Under the pieces are notes generated by a model. That model was not told the DNA's origin. It searched no databases and saw nothing but the letters and a program-made list of their open reading frames with translations. Positions 62,317 to 64,000 of a stretch of 64,000 nucleotides of DNA are shown piece by piece. Numbering within the stretch: position 1 is the first letter of the stretch; every line of letters starts with the position of its first letter. The DNA comes from Centroscyllium fabricii. Its lineage: Eukaryota. The position numbers and the translations under genes are program-made. Location: assembly GCA_051313645.2 (NCBI GenBank), contig JBNRSN020000003.1, forward strand, positions 331,266,001 through 331,330,000, given 5' to 3'.

Positions 62317-62660
62317 TTACTCCTCCTCACAATTGTTGAATCCTACAGCATCTATATAGCCATCTTCAATATAGCCATCATCATCTTCAGATAAGTTGTG
62401 AGTGGTTGTCCACATTTCAGTTTGTTGGTCACTACTTTCAATCTTTCTTGATGTCTGTGGGATGCTATTGATGTGTGTCTCAGTAGACATATTTTCCATG
62501 AAAAGCTCTGGTTCTTCCTGCAGTCGATGATGGTGATAGGCAACGAAGCAGTCGTACCATTTGATGCATTTTACAAATAGGACAAGTATCGAAGATATGC
62601 AGATTGAGGTTGCCATGACACCGACCACGAATTTCCAGGATTTCCCAAATTTAGATTGAC
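62317..62660 (-). CDS. LRRC19: LRRC19 last coding exon (TM helix and cytoplasmic tail), nested antisense in an IFT74 intron
   Basis: GKSWKFVVGV..KCIKWY..YHHHRLQE..DDDGYIEDGYID matches the recalled LRRC19 C-terminus; pyrimidine tract and AG acceptor at 62661-62662; TAA stop. Confidence 0.88.
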
Positions 62661-62773
62661 CTTCCAAAATATAAAAAGGAAAGTTGGTATTATATACAAA
62701 CATCAAGTACAAATACTGTTATTTTTTGCAAGGTATCATCAACTTAACAAATGTTAGATTTTAAACAGACTAA

Positions 62774-63482
62774 GGGGGCAAAATTGGGTCACGCCCCCTT
62801 TGGGGTGCTAACTTCGCCAGGGCGTTACTTTTAGGGCCTCAAAAAAATTAGCGCCCCCGCACCCGAAATTCACTGGTAGCGCCCCAAGAGGGAGGTGGGA
62901 GCTACTGGAAGTGCCTTGCCTTCCTCTTGGGGTGCTGCGAGTGAATATTGCGGCACTACGTGCAGCTGCGCCACGTGCTGCGACAAGTCTCACCGCGGTA
63001 CTGCAGGCCTTTTTCCCCTTATTAAAGGGGAGTGACCTAGCCCAGCGCGACCCGGGGCCTAGCTGGGCCACCAGGGATCCGAGTGCCGGAAAAAAAGAGC
63101 CCAGCACACAAGAGAAGTGCCAGGCGCACGGAGTGTAGCTGGCACCCCATGGAGGGGGCTGCACAAGAGGCCGGGGACAGTAACGGGGGCAGGTGCTGGC
63201 AGGCAGCCAGCAACAAAAATGGCCGCCCAGAACTTCCTCTTTAATTTGCGCCGCCCCGGCCGCAGGTAGACCCCCCCTGACCCTGTCGGACATAGCGTCC
63301 GGCGGTAAGTCAGGGGGCGCCTCTGAAGATCGCGGCCGAGGCGCAAGTGTGGCACTGCGCACGGCACTGAATTTTGCGGGAGGAGTTAGCGGCGCCATGC
63401 CCAGGCGCTAGTTGCTTTGCACCCCGGTAGCACCCTCTTAGGGCGTTAATGGGAGGCGCAAATCAACCGAATTTTTCCCCCC
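62774..63482. mobile_element. Harbinger-type MITE
   Basis: GGGGGCAAAATTGG and CCGAATTTTTCCCCCC termini; TAA TSD. Confidence 0.8.
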
Positions 63483-63893
63483 TAAGTACTTGTGTGATGA
63501 AATAAATACTGCTGTAATTACGCAGTAATTGGTACTAAACTGGCCACCTCAATCAGAAAGACTACAAGGATGACTGGTGCTGGAAATGGAAGAAAAAAAA
63601 TCACACTGGTGCATTCTGCTGTTCTGAGTTTGGTATTGGCAACTGATATCTCTCATCCGATGGAGCAGGAAAAATTGTCAAATTTATTTTGCAGACAAAA
63701 GTTACTTCAACAAAAATTGTCTATTAAAATCAATAACTTTGGGAAATTAAAGAGATATTGACATGGTAAAGTCTCTTAAGGCAATTTTAACACTTTGAGC
63801 ATCATTATTATGTGCGGTACCACAAACAATATTTTTTGGGGCACTTTTTCCCTTTTAGTTTTCTCCCTTCCTGAAAATACTGACTCTTGTTAA

Positions 63894-64000
63894 AGGCCCT
63901 GTCACACCTTGACGTTTTAGCCAGCGTATGCAAATTTGGCTAAAACGCTAAACTTTTGACCTTTTTTTCAGTTTTGGGCGTATAATAGCGTATTCATAAC
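63894..64000. mobile_element. Second member of the 53094-53658 MITE family (runs off the window)
   Basis: TAA|AGGCCCTGTCACACCTTGACGTTTTAGCCA. Confidence 0.8.

Overview
This is vertebrate genomic DNA, almost certainly elasmobranch (shark or ray), judged from HE1-type V-SINEs and Deu-domain SINEs. The first ~35 kb is a dense, nested pile of transposable elements: four Gypsy LTR retrotransposons, solo LTRs, a full-length Rex1/Babar LINE, a two-gene Harbinger transposon, MITEs and a tRNA-Ser pseudogene. From 35.9 kb the window holds the 5' half of IFT74 (+ strand, 7 coding exons with GT-AG boundaries). The last exon of LRRC19 is nested antisense in the IFT74 intron after the seventh coding exon. 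The IFT74 introns contain a ~4 kb C-rich minisatellite and Penelope, CR1, Vingi-like, RTE, L2, SINE and MITE insertions. Three observations stand out. (1) A non-autonomous Gypsy element (14880-20906) has its RT/RNaseH/integrase core replaced by a spliced, exon-scrambled OFD1 cDNA; the scramble junction looks like a back-splice, suggesting capture of a circular RNA. (2) A Gypsy element has no tRNA primer site; its leader is instead a perfect 14-nt complement of its own LTR poly(A) signal. (3) Six tandemly amplified RFX X-boxes sit directly upstream of the ciliary gene IFT74. Gene and family names come from motif reading and recalled reference sequences; no database search was run.
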